DNA from: Phoronis australis
Taxonomy: Eukaryota; Animalia; Phoronida
Assembly (NCBI GenBank): GCA_002633005.1
Contig: NMRA01000340.1
Location: 230,425-294,424, forward strand
Length of the DNA stretch: 64,000 nucleotides
Reading direction: 5' to 3'
The notes beneath the pieces were generated by a model. The model saw nothing but the letters and a program-made list of their open reading frames with translations. It made no database searches and was not told the origin of the DNA. Made by a program: the position numbers and the translations under genes. The stretch's first letter is position 1. Each line of letters starts with the position of its first letter. This document shows positions 1 to 16,332 of this stretch, one piece after another.

Positions 1-9
1 TTCTTGTAG

Positions 10-2316
10 ACAGAAGAAGTTTGATGAAGGTGCTACATGGAAAGACAACAACGATGGACAAGTAAATGAAGAGGGTCCTAGGATGATTGTTGGGGACCAG
101 ATGGGACCAACAGGCGGTTATATTACTAAGTAAGTAGGGCTAGGACCGATTGCTGGTTAGTAAATGGGTCTGAGACCAACAGGCGGGCCTTTAACGCTGA
201 ATGGTAAACATCTTGATCTTGTAGACAAGGCAACTTATCTTGGTGTCATTTTACACTATCGTCTTTCCTGAAACCCGCATATTACAGAAAAAATCTCGAA
301 AGCCAAAACTGCACTGGTGAGATGCTTTCATGCGGTGGGTAAACCTTGGAGAATGTCTCCCAAGTATATGTTCTGGATTTATACTGCTGTTGTCCAACCT
401 ATAATGTCTTATGCTGCGTCAGTATGACTTGTATAACAGCATTAACAGAATACAATTATGAACAAACTTAATCAGTTGCAAAGTCTACCTTGTTTGTGCA
501 TTACCTCTGCTTTTCCAGGAATTGCTTCTACAGCCCCTTTTTAACAGGTGGTTATACTACTGAGTAAATAGGCTAGGACCAACAAGTGGATGTATTAGGA
601 AATAGGACTGGGACCAACGGGTGGTTGTATTGCTATTAACTGAAAGTAATTGGGCTAGGACTAACAGGTAGTTATATTACTAAATAAGTAGGGCTAGGAT
701 GAATGAGTGGTTGTGTTACTAAATAGAGCTGGCGGTTGTATTACCACTGCCACCACAGGTACGCATCAACTAATTAAATTTGTCTGTTGACGGGGATGAA
801 TCTACTAGATTGTCTATTTACGGAACACATTTTTGGGAGCTATTGGTTTTTTTCTGAAGAAGTTTGTCCATCATGTAATGTGACTGAAACTGTAATTTAG
901 GGATGTTTAACCTTGGGCTTTTGCCTTTAACTGTTGGCACTGCCCGTCATCATTACAGGATTACCAACGATGCACGGGAGGATGAGATGGAGCAGAATAT
1001 TACAGAGGTCAGCGGCATGATTGGTAATCTGAGAAACATGGCGATTGACATGGGTACAGAGATAGGTGCTCAAAACAGGCAGATTGACAAGATTAACCAG
1101 AAGGTAAGAACAGTGGGGAGTTGATACAGGGCTGAGGTCCACGATCAACACTTGCTGATTGATAATACAAGTCAGGTAGTTAGACTGTGTGCTCAGAAGA
1201 GAGTGGGAATTGATATTGGCACTAAGGTTTGTGATCAACAACTTGCTGATTGAGAGTATAAGTCAGGGAGTTAGACTGTGTGCTCGGAAGAGAGTGGGAA
1301 TTGATACTGACACTGAGGTCTGTGATCAACACTTGCTGATTGAAAATATAAGTTAGGGAGTTAGATTGTGTGCTCAGAAGAGTTGGGAATTGATACTGGC
1401 ACTGAGGTCTGTGATCAAGGAGATGTTACACTGTGAGCTCAGAAGGAAGTGGGGAATGGACATGCGTGCTGTGATCAGTGATCAAAACACATTGAGAAGA
1501 CTAATGGAAATTAGATAACGTTTTGGGCTCAAAAGGGAGCAGAGAATTGACACAGGTGAAGAAGCCAGTGCTCAAAAGTGGAAGGCAAGACTGGAGGGGC
1601 AGGAGAAGAGAACGTTGATTAGTCGTTGTGAACGTGTTGTATGGTTTTTAACTGCATCTGTCAGTTGTGCAATTTTATCACCTTATTTTCTGGGGTTTGA
1701 ATGGATATTGTTGAGGCGTAAGCCCCAACAATGAGAGCAGACAGTGTGGCTCAGTGCTTTGAGCTCCAGACTCCTGTTTGGGAGACTTGGATTCGAATCC
1801 TGGCTTTACTGGCAGACAATCCAGCATGGCACAAATATGTCTCCTAATCCTCTGAGCTCAGTGTTACTCGTGAATGTATTCAAGGGAATGAATGCGAACC
1901 TGGATATAATGTAAAAGCGATTTCTGGTGTGGTGCACATATTTTTAAAAAAACAATTGAGTTTATGCCTGTGGTACTCTTACTCGAAATACCAACACAGT
2001 GCTGATCTTGATAGATAAATATGTCAGTTATTTGAGCATAAACTTTTCTGCAAAAAACATTACCCCATTACATTCATTGATAATTAGTACAACCCTGGTC
2101 TTAGCCTTGCTCTGAAATTTGACGGCTTGAGTTTTTAAATAGTACATTGGGTATACGTATGGCACTTTGACCCTGTGAAAAGTATCTTAATTCATGAAAG
2201 ATTATTAGTAGACAGAGGCAAATATAATCCCACTAACTATGAATTTTCAGGCCACTTCTAATGAAGCCCGTATTCAAGAGGCCAACAAACGTGCTAACAA
2301 ATTACTCAAGTCCTAA
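10..2316 (+). CDS. SNAP25: Synaptosomal-associated protein 25 (SNAP-25), last three coding exons (5' part outside window)
   Basis: Exons 10-129 ([40 protein letters not shown]), 959-1103 ([48 protein letters not shown]) and 2251-2316 ([21 protein letters not shown]). GT-AG boundaries are in phase, and the sequence matches the SNAP-25 linker and Qc-SNARE motif. Confidence 0.96.
104..745 (+). repeat. Degenerate ~40-bp minisatellite derived from the SNAP-25 exon end/5' splice site, interrupted by a LINE fragment
   Basis: The unit GGACCAACAGGCGGTTATATTACTAAGTAAGTAGGGCTA recurs in degenerate form at ~143-186 and ~541-745. Confidence 0.8.
188..535 (+). mobile_element. Non-LTR retrotransposon (R1/LOA-like) reverse transcriptase C-terminal fragment, decayed
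   Basis: Translates to [78 protein letters not shown]. This has the YLGV..D..L.W..HI and W.YTA.V.P...YA motifs of the LINE RT thumb, with in-frame stops. Confidence 0.8.
1118..1590 (+). repeat. ~90-bp tandem repeat derived from the 3' end of SNAP-25 exon 959-1103 and its donor
   Basis: Units start at ~1118, 1207, 1298 and 1387, with more degenerate copies to ~1590. A unit reads [22 protein letters not shown] versus the exon [20 protein letters not shown]|VR. Confidence 0.85.
1735..1920 (+). mobile_element. tRNA-derived SINE (head with pol III A/B boxes)
   Basis: A-box-like TGGCTCAGTG (~1748) and B-box GATTCGAATCC (~1790) in tRNA spacing, followed by a non-tRNA body; intronic. Confidence 0.55.
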
Positions 2317-2373
2317 CTCTACTACTTCCTGTGAATTGGTCAACAACATTACAGTAAGTACACTGCAGCCATC

Positions 2374-2479
2374 AATAGTCACTTGCAGGGGTTTCCCAAT
2401 TTTGAGAACCAGTTTGATTCCTGTTATTCAGTGGTGAAAACTGGTTCTCAAAAATATGGGACCCCTGTAATTGACTATT
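2374..2479. mobile_element. ~105-bp hairpin MITE (family copy 1, SNAP-25 3' UTR)
   Basis: Inverted arms AATAGTCA..CAGGGG..TTTTGAGAACCAGTTT / AAACTGGTTCTCAAAA..CCCCTG..TGACTATT around the loop GATTCCTGTTATTCAGTGGTGA. Confidence 0.75.
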
Positions 2480-3905
2480 ACTGGGCAGCCTACATTCTTT
2501 TAACCAGGAAAATTAAACAGTGAATTCTGCTGCTTTAGAACACTTCGTCTGTATGACTAGCCCCCCTTGTGTTTACATGACGATTGTGCACAGGATGGCT
2601 TCAATTCATTTATTTATTATACTCAGTCGCTAGACCACCCCTGACTTTGGACACAAATATGTACAAAGTTTGCTGGTCTTAGACGCTAGTATTTTGTTAG
2701 TTTAAAGCCATGGTGGTTCCTAACATGTTTAAACAGGGATGTTGTATCTTTGACAACTGCAAAATAATGGACCCAACGTTGCAGCCATCAAATAATACCA
2801 TAGTTTGTCTGTGTTGGTTTAGATATTATCTGTTGGATATATATGTATGTCAAACAAGTTCACGATGGTTCCCGTCATTCATTTGCCTCCAGGTTAATAG
2901 CTTTTGAATCACTGCGTGAAGTTGTGAGGTATGTATTAGCTACACAAATGTTTTGCAGTTTGAGTCGAGAACTCAGTTGTTATCATGGTTTTCTTACACA
3001 AAATTTATCTTTCTTACAGACTACTGACATCTGCCTACTATTACTTACATCTGCTTACTACTCGTGACATCTTCTCCAAGGAAACATTCTGTGCTGATTC
3101 CATGTTCATCTTTGTCCAGCAGTGTGCTCCATTTGTCCTTAGTCCTTAAGGTCAACAAGTCTTGAAGTGTCAACGAGCTGCTCGCAAAATACTTATTTTG
3201 TGGGTTATTGTTTCTTTGTGCCAGGAGGCATTGATGTATAACTCTTCACCCATTCTCCACTGTATAGGCCAAAAGCTGGAAACAGTTTAAAACATTATAT
3301 TATGTTGTAAATATTCAAATTGTTTATTTTGTTTTTTTTGTTTAAAAGAAATTGCTATACTTGAATTCATTGCATATTATTTAATTGAATATTATTTGAT
3401 GATTTGAATCATTTAACAAGAAGAAGCTATGAAGAGACCATCTCTGGTATTTAAATTGTAGGATGTGCAATTTAGTTTTAGTGTTTATCATATCCGTAAG
3501 ATATTAATTTTTGTCTTCTTGATCTTAAATATATTATAGTTTCATGATACTGTTGACTGTACAGCCGGCAGGTATATTTATTAATTAAACCAATTCTGAG
3601 CTGTTCTCTGATATATTGTTCACTGAACTTTAAAGGAACTTGCCTGGTTTCTCTTTCACATTTTATAACTTCTTTTTCATTGACTTAATGTTCCAAAATT
3701 ACTACTAAAGAGTCTTAGAAATGAGTGATTTGACAGTACAGTAAATGTTGATACTATATGAAGGTACATTTATAATATATGAAGATACATTTGATACTAT
3801 ATGAAGTCAGCTGACATTGCACACATTTTCCTCACCATATGCTCTGAAATTCAGGTATATAACAGTCTTTAATAATGTATGCAAATTCAGTTTTACATTG
3901 CTAAT

Positions 3906-4008
3906 GGTAACTAATCACAGGGGTCCTGCATTTTGTGAACCAGTTTTCTCCACTGAATAACTGGCATCAAACTGGTTCTCAAAATCTGCAACCCCTCTGA
4001 CAATTGCC
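3906..4008. mobile_element. Hairpin MITE (family copy 2, opposite orientation to copy 1)
   Basis: Same arms, with the loop reverse-complemented (TCTCCACTGAATAACTGGCATC). Confidence 0.72.
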
Positions 4009-4289
4009 TTGTTGGAGGTAATTGTATGTAGCCGGTCATCAAGGCAAACAATTTAGACTGTTGGTGAGTGTATGCCAGTCTACTGACCAGTGTTAATTAG
4101 TGAAGGAGTATGCCGGTGGTGTACCTGTAGTGGTAGCTAATAGGTTATGAAGGTTATGAATGACTTATGCAATGTATGCAAGCACTAAGCTGATGTGAAA
4201 ATTCACTATTCTTAACTTCTTAAAAGCTTTGCATGTCACTGTCTCTCGATGTTGCAGAGCTGCCTGGAATGAAGACTCTCAGATTGTGT

Positions 4290-4445
4290 CGCCCTCTGTT
4301 GGTATTCCTGGATAACAACTTCAGGACCCTGGACCATAGGTCAGACACCTTAAATCTGACACCATCGTATCTATGCAAAGAGGGATTCTCGACTTACTCC
4401 CTTTCTTGGCACCCTTCTCAATGAGTTGGATGTCACTGATGTTTT
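4290..4445 (-). mobile_element. Possible Penelope-like element GIY-YIG C-terminal relic
   Basis: The minus strand reads ..VENPSLHRYDGVRFKVSDLWSRVLK, resembling the PSLNRD.G...L...W end of Penelope endonucleases. It is short and degenerate. Confidence 0.4.
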
Positions 4446-6204
4446 CAAAAACTATGGAATTTAAATCACTGGGATTTGCTGTGACTTGTTTTCCGAGACT
4501 CCCTTCCTAAAGAAATGCTTCGGTGTCACATTTGAGTTGTCCAACTCATGGTTCAGGGCCATGGAGTTGTCCAAACACACCGACTGAGGGTGACACAATT
4601 TTTGCAATAGTCAAGTATTCGCCAGTCCCCAGTATTATAGGCAAGTAGCTTTGCAATTTCTGGAGAAAATCATTAATAATTTTTTACAGAAGTTTTGAAT
4701 TCTATTGTCACATGAAGTACCTCCAGTCTGTAACTGGTCGAATGGTTATGCGCATCATCTAACGAGGTGTTACGGTTATGTAGGACCCTTGAAAATTGTC
4801 CAAATTTGCTTAATTTCTGGACTACGTATCAGAAACAACTGATTGAATTATTATGAAACTTTTAGATACCATAATGCTTTATTCGCTGTTCTCCAAAACT
4901 CTGTTAGAATTTTTTTAAATGTTCCACTTTTGCATGAGGAGCTATCAAAAAAGACTTGTGAAAAAAAAATAAAAACTGGTTTTAAACAAAAATGTTTTTT
5001 AGATTTCTCCCTGAGCATTTACATCAAATAAAACTCATGATTGTACCTTCTATTTTGTCTCAGTTTTATTAAAAAATGCATGGTCATGTGGCCGAATTAA
5101 TGTCAGATTAGTATTAAGTCAAACATTAGAGTTTACAGTGTCAGAAAATGTGTACTTTAATCAAGTTAAGATGTACAGTTTTGAAGACATTTTGCTAAAC
5201 ACATAGACTTGCCAGTAAGGTCCTACATAACCTTAAACTTTAATTGTGCCCTTCATAGAAAGTAAGATTGTATTGCCAGAATGAGGTGGTTTAAATGCAA
5301 GTGCGTGTGTTATGGCCCCAAACATGAAATGAGGTCTTCGACATATAAAATAACTGTTGTATGTTAGCTGTGTAGATTGTTTAGTTGGGGACACTCCTGT
5401 AATCTTTGCATCTCAATACTTTTACAATGAAGCTGTATCATTGTTTTGGTCGGAACATGAATACATTAAAGCTGTTTCAATTTAGTCCACTTACTGTTAC
5501 GAAATTGCTCTCGTTTTGTTCTGCACAGAGATTTGGAGTGAGGTCAGGCGAAGGTTATAAAATTTCGGGTCACACCATGCTTGAAATTATACAAGCTTGG
5601 TCTGAAAAAATACCAGAAATTATATAAGCTTGGTCTGAAAGAATACCAGACAACTCTAGACCATTTTCATAACGGTAATTGGCCCAAGTCAAATCTTGTT
5701 TATCGACAGAAAAAACGGGTTTAATGCTGCTTCAATAAAAGTTTAGCCAAATCTTTAGCGTTTGTATACATATCTTGTCTTACTGAACTTTTGATACACG
5801 TATCCCTAGTGTCCTGCATACATTTGGGCGATTTCGGATCGAGCAAAGATGCATTTTTAGATTGGACTCTGGTGCTGGTTTGTGTGTTCCCTTGGAAATG
5901 ATAAGGTTAGCATTAAGGTTTGAACGGTGTTGTTGTGTTAAGTGTAAAAAGATTTGCATGTTATGTGATATATCGATGCATATACTTGTAAAATATTCCA
6001 CATTGTAAACATTTATTGCCAATATAAAAAGTTTGAATGTACAGCAAGGGTTGTTTTGGATGAGCACACATTATTTTGTCCATTATTTTAAAGTTCACGC
6101 AACAACCAATGATGGAACTTTGCTTGTCAACAAACGTGACTAAGCTGTATCCAGTTAGTAATGAATAGATTACACACGACAGCATGCAGGCTTTAATGAA
6201 GCAT

Positions 6205-10448
<4,244 letters not shown>

Positions 10449-10666
10449 GGTTTGTTTAGAAATTCATCACTGACGAATTTGACTTCTCTCTGATGGTAAA
10501 ATTTTTCATTTCCGGCAACAAACGTTTGCACGCATGCGCGTCAGACTCGCACTTGATAATTGCAGGTCCGCAGCAAACGTCGTTTCCTGAGTAAGAGGTT
10601 AGATGTGGTTAGCCCGGTTTGCTTGGACAGTTTGCATTTCAAGTTATCACAAACCTGTGCGTAAGA
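10449..10666. promoter_or_regulatory. Bidirectional promoter between LRRC57 and NTPCR
   Basis: Divergent ATGs (10448 and 10667) are only 218 bp apart. The interval is CpG-rich, with an NRF1-like TGCACGCATGCGC (10527-10539) and an ETS-like TTCCGG (10510-10515). Confidence 0.7.
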
Positions 10667-13600
10667 ATGGCGTCATCGTCAACAGCAAAGCTTATACTTG
10701 TTACTGGGCCTCCTGGTAAGATGGTGATACGTAACATGTTAGATCAGCATTAAGCGCGGGCCCTTAAAGCTTGTAGTTGGTTTTGCTTACTACTAGACTC
10801 TAGAGTAGATGAAGGTTCTTAAAAACTAGTCAATCATCAATGCACCGCCTCGTGTGGGTGCCTTGGTGTAGGCCCTGTCATCATTTGAGCTGCTTAGCCA
10901 AGTTGACAAAAAGTTAAATAACAAAAACAAGACGCTGTGCTTCATACGAGGTTTCGATACATGTCTCAATATCATTAGGTATGATACAGCCAGTACACAG
11001 GTGCAATTTGAATAAATAAGTTGTGTGTAAAAGACGAGACAAATCCGTAATCCATTACCTCACGTCACAGTGCATGATACAGTATTGAACATCCAACTCC
11101 TACCACAACTCTACTGTGTTTGCATGCTCAAATGTTCTCTGTTATAGTTCAGGTTGGGTAGATTTATGGGCAAGCGTAGTTCTTGTCATAGTCATAGTTT
11201 GTGTGGTATTCCTGCTATCTGATCAGTTTTAAAACAGCTGATGTCAGTTTGTTTGTAAAAACATGCACAATTGCACATTTATTGTGGTGTGATGCATGTC
11301 ACTTGAAAAAGAAACACGGAACTTGATGCTTTGTGGTTGTTAAAAGTGGATAAAGTTACTCAACAAATGACTTTTAGTTGTCTTCTTACAACATCGCACC
11401 CGGTCCCTGGTTACCCGTGACCCAATCAGACTGGCCGAGACTGGTATAAGTGGAAAAATCTACACAATTTCTACTTTTAAAAAATTACTATTTTGACACC
11501 TTATATTTTGTAGATATTTGGCTCAATGCATGGATTTGGTGACGAAACGAGTCTAAACCCGCTTCCATCAAAAATAACTTTTAATTTGGGTTTCCTATGG
11601 TTATAAAACAGGTATTACTTGCTCCTTACTGGGATCAGACGTGACACCTATGGGCTTGGAAAGAATTGGCGGTTTATTATTGGTTGAGATCAGGCTGTAC
11701 TACAATAATGTTGACTTGTCATGGTGTGTCATTCATGTGTTGAGTATGGTCTCGAGTACACCGGATTTTGTCATCTCTTCCCAGGCACAGTAATCGTTGC
11801 TCATCTGAGTACTGATCAAGGTTTATCATGGTATTCAGTCTAAATCAGAAGCTTCTGTGATTGAGAGATGGGCTTTCTTACATCTAATGTTGGCTTAAAA
11901 CATGAACACTCAGAAAGAAGCAAACTCCTGCCCCACCATATTCTTGCCATCAATTGCTTCAATAAATAGTTAAAAATAATTTATATGTAGACTTTTCCTT
12001 AACTTTTGGTTATTTTCCTTGACTTTTGGAGGTGTTGGTAAAACAACAGTTGTGAGGAAGGTCTGTGAGAAACTGATCTCCAAAGACAAACGTGATGTCG
12101 CTGGATTTTACACGGAAGATGTGAGACAGCATGGTCAAAGGATTGGTTTTGATGTCGTTACACTAGATGGGAAACGAGGAGAGTTGGCCCGTGTCAGGTT
12201 GGTGGAAGACAGACTTTGAAATATTTGTGCTAATTTAGGGTATGTTGCAGCGCAAAGTCTAAATCACCTCTAAATTATGAAACTTTTCAGTAAAGTTAGT
12301 AGAAACTGTTTTTCAGAGTATTATTTATACCTACATTCAATTCTGTAAGCATGAGAAGGCTTATCTTTTCAAGACTGCGTCTGTATTTGATTGAAATAAA
12401 AAAATGATGGACTTAAGATTGTTTGTGAAATTCAATAACTTTGAAAATGGGACTTTTACATTTTTCAAATACGCTCTCAGACAGTAATGTTTGTTTCTGG
12501 AACTATCAGATTGATGTCTATTTCACAATCTTGAGATGGCTGGAGCAAATGATAAGTTTCCAATTCCATCAAGGATTTGTTGCAAAAAGGTAATTGAGTT
12601 TTATTTTAAAGAGATTTTAATTTATAGTAATTGTGATGTGCATGCAATTTTTTTCTTGGTTGTCGAAAAATTTTGTTAGCTTCTCACCTTCTCCAGTTCA
12701 TTTTCCTTGACTTTACGATATACTCTCCTTTCTGTTGTCCTCATACTCATGTTGGAGTGTCAAACTGCACTGCTATGAACCCACCTGTGACATTTCCATA
12801 TTTGTTGTAACGGAAATTCATTGTACCATATCAACTTACAGTTTGGGACTTGTGGAATGGAATGTAACTAGCAAGCAGACAATGAAAAAGCAAGCAGACG
12901 TTAAATCAAGTTTGATGTAATGTTGTTCTTAGCATCTCCATCATTGGGTTTTTGCATTTCATCATGAAATTTCCATAATTTGTAAAATTCTACTTTATGA
13001 TAAGTAACCAATGCTAGTGTAGGAATAGTTTGTACATTTCATAAAAAGGTGATTAAACAGCATTAACGTAGCATGGTTACAAAATTATGCAGTGAGGTTT
13101 TAATGTTATTTGTAGCCATACCAGTGACATACCAACTCAGAGACGGGATTTTAGGGTTGGTCAGTACTCAGTTAACTTGCAGTCATTTGAAAGACTAGTG
13201 CTGCCCCTTTTGAGATCACAGGTAAGAGCGTACTTGAAGAAATCCAAAACTATTCTGCCAGTGTCTAAAATGCTTTCTGATCATCTTTATGTCATTGGTA
13301 TTTTAAGGATTTTATTCATTTCTCTATATAAAGGTCATACAGTCTCTAAAAATTCTTTCATGCACCGTAGTTGTTTGGATACAACAAGGTTAGACGATGC
13401 TGCCTCATTTATAAGTGAATTTGAACAACGATGCTTTGATATTGACATCCTGGATTGGAGAGACAAATGAATATATTTTCTCAATCGTTAGATGTTTACA
13501 AAATAGTTAAATGTAATTTGTAGCTGAAAAATACATAACATGTTTGGAAAATAGTTTTCACAGAGTAGCCCTCGCAAGATTCAGATGCTTGACGCATTCT

Positions 13601-15491
13601 TTAATGATTGTTCAGGGAAGGTTTAGTGGACTTGATAGAGAGGACAGAATATAAGTTTCTGCTGTGACAGTGGGAAAGTGGAAACAGAATTACACTTTCT
13701 TCTCGAATGTAATTTATATTCTTATGTACGTGTGCTGTTCTTACCAAGATATGATAAAGTTGACGAGATAGTGTTCAGAGATTTTTTACAGACTCGTGAT
13801 TTAAATGTCTTGTGAAAATTTTCTAGATATTTAATTAAAGTTGAGAAACATCAAAAAGAGTTCCTTGATATAAATTAATTTATATTTGAAAAATCTTGTA
13901 CTCTCTATGTATTATATATTTATAACGTGGGCTGGAGTCCCGTTACATGAAATAAACCTACTTTTTATGCAGTCTTTAAAAATTCTTTCATACACCATGA
14001 TGGTACAAGAAATTTGTTCAAATAGCTGAGTCAGTAAAAATTCTATGAACACTTGCTTGAAACAAATGGTCGTAGTTTGCAAAGAATGGTCTGAATATGT
14101 TTAACATTTCTCTTTATGATGTAATAGGTTCAGTTCGTGTTTCATTTTACAGGAAGATGGTGGGATATGCGTAATAGATGAAATTGGAAAAATGGAGTTA
14201 TTCAGTGATGCATTTAAACAGTTAGTCAAAGCAGTCATTCATAAACCCAATCTGACTGTACTTGCAACAGTCCCAAGTAACAGAGGAAAACCTATTGCAT
14301 TTGTGGAAGACATCAAACGCCGCTCAACAATGCTGTTCACGGTGAGTTTGTTTTTGCTTTTAAAAAATGTTTTTTTAGTGTATTTACACCTGTTACACTG
14401 ATGTTCAAACTTCAACATTTTTTATAGCTCAAGAATAGTTTCAAAAACTAAAGTTACAGCTGCGATAGATGTGGTTTGAAACAACCAGTTTTAACAAAGA
14501 AGTTTTTGCTTATTAATATAAGGGGCAAACTTATAAACATAAGAATTGAAAAAAACAGGCTGTCTTCAGAATTCCCTTGTGATGATTGGAATTGGCGTCT
14601 GCCTTCAAAAGGATCAGAGATATCGCATGTAGTTGATATGAAGCAACCCAGTCTTTAAAAGGTTGAATAACTTTGTAGACATAGGTGGCTGTTTGACATT
14701 TTTACTTGCAAAGTCTTGAGTGGTGTTTGAGAATGGAAGTCATTATTTTTTACCTTGTTATGGTCTTGTTTGAGGCATAGTTTGTGTTATTGAATAACGT
14801 AGTTTGCATTTCAAAAGTGCTGGGTTAGAAGCAGCTGCTCCACACATAAATACGACTGTCTTTCTTGAAACCACATCTAGTGACATTCTCGTTATCAAAG
14901 TGGATTAAATCACTGGTTTGCAATAGGGAAACTAGCTACAGGCATCCATTCTCTACTAACTGTACCAGTGTGTTGACTTGATAAAATTAAAGCTGCCTTT
15001 TTTCTGTTTAGGGGTCAAAATATATTTTGAGTTTTAAATAAAGAGCTAAAATCAACAGCTCATCTGTGTTGTACTCCGTGGAAATGATTATTGTTGTGTC
15101 ACGTGACTGACCTATTTTTAAATTAAAGTCTCAGTATGCCTTTGTCAAAGATTGAGAGTTGGCCAACAAGGAAGACTTTGTAAGAGTAAAATTCCTAATT
15201 AGATTTTCATTTTTAGCCGACTAAATTGGGTGAAATTAAGCTTTAATAATGCGAACACACAAAAAAATCTCAATCCATCTGCAGTAGCTTTTCAAAAAGG
15301 GCTTTGTGTAGCTTAAATTTTGCAACTACCACGTTTTATCTGTTATTTTGATTGTATGTATTGTATGCCAGAGGCTACATATTCAGCACATTCCAAAACA
15401 TGGCTTATTCAGTGATTTATGCTTTCAGGTTACTAAAGGCAATAGAGATGCTTTAGTCAATGAAATGATAGCGCAGATGATTGACAGCTGA
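10667..15491 (+). CDS. NTPCR: Cancer-related nucleoside-triphosphatase (NTPCR/THEP1 family)
   Basis: Exons 10667-10715, 12032-12197, 13116-13221, 14153-14341 and 15429-15491. Motifs are Walker A TGPPGVGKTT, GFYTEDVR..G.RIGFDVVTLDG, VGQYSV and Walker B VIDEIGKMELFS. Confidence 0.95.
13370..13965 (+). mobile_element. 5'-truncated CR1/L2-like LINE 3' end in NTPCR intron 3
   Basis: Degenerate GRFSGLDREDRI..CDSGKVETELHFLLECNLYSYVR zinc-knuckle motif, then an AT-rich 3' UTR with AATAAA. It is flanked by the ~28-bp direct repeats CAGTCTCTAAAAATTCTTTCATGCACC (~13340) and CAGTCTTTAAAAATTCTTTCATACACC (~13970). Confidence 0.7.
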
Positions 15492-15951
15492 AAAAATCAC
15501 TTTGGAAAGTGGTGATGGAAGGCATAGGACATAGCTATCATATACACAAGTGGAGAAGCTGTTTTACGCACTGTGCCCACAGAACTGTACTACTAAGGGA
15601 CAATTCAGTTACAGCCCCGATTGCTTTGTGTGGTTAGTCAGCCTGTTCTGCTATAAGTATCATTTGATTGACCAAGGGTATGCAGTCCTTTAGCGGGTAA
15701 TTGTACCGTGTGGCTACTCTAGGTTTGCATTGCATAGACGGTCGATAAAGGGATGCCCCCAAGCTTCTCTCCGCACAAGACTAAAAACACCAGTGTGCCA
15801 TTATTCTGCCATTGAAAACTAGTCACCTCAAGCATCAGCATAGATGAATGCGTAGGTTGAGATTCAGTCATACCAATGAGTCACATGATCAATTTTAAGC
15901 ATGCAGTGTTACCTGGTGCTTTCTTATCAAGTGCCATGCTGTTGCATATAC

Positions 15952-16063
15952 GGTAATGGTCGGATATAACCTGCCCGCACTTTGAGAGCCAGTTTACTCC
16001 ACTGAATAACGGGCATGAAACGGCTTCTCAAAATATGGGCACATTATAATACGACAATTTGCC
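15952..16063. mobile_element. Hairpin MITE (family copy 3, downstream of NTPCR stop)
   Basis: GGTAATGGTC..TTTGAGAGCCAGTTT-loop-AAACGGCTTCTCAAAA..ATTTGCC. Confidence 0.68.
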
Positions 16064-16222
16064 GCATATCCTTATGCAGCCAATAATTGTTTTCGAGGAA
16101 CACGTTTCAGTTCCCATGGAGGGTACAGTTCAACTATGATACAACAAATATTCCCAGGACTTATACTTCCGCGCTGTTGGCTTGAAACGTTTGCACTGTA
16201 GTGTTATATGTGAGCTAAAATT

Positions 16223-16332
16223 GGCAATAGTCTGATATAACAGGCCTGTATTTTGAGAACCAATTTCATGCCTGTTATTCAGTGGAGAAAACTGGTTCTC
16301 AAAATTCGGGTACGTTATGTCAGACCGTTACC
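16223..16332. mobile_element. Hairpin MITE (family copy 4, inverted relative to copy 3)
   Basis: GGCAATAGTC..TTTTGAGAACCAATTT-loop-AAACTGGTTCTCAAAA..GACCGTTACC. Confidence 0.7.

Noticed and set aside
1735-1810. Possible tRNA gene
   Set aside because: A/B boxes are present, but there is no convincing acceptor stem or cloverleaf and no T-run terminator. It is better explained as a SINE head.
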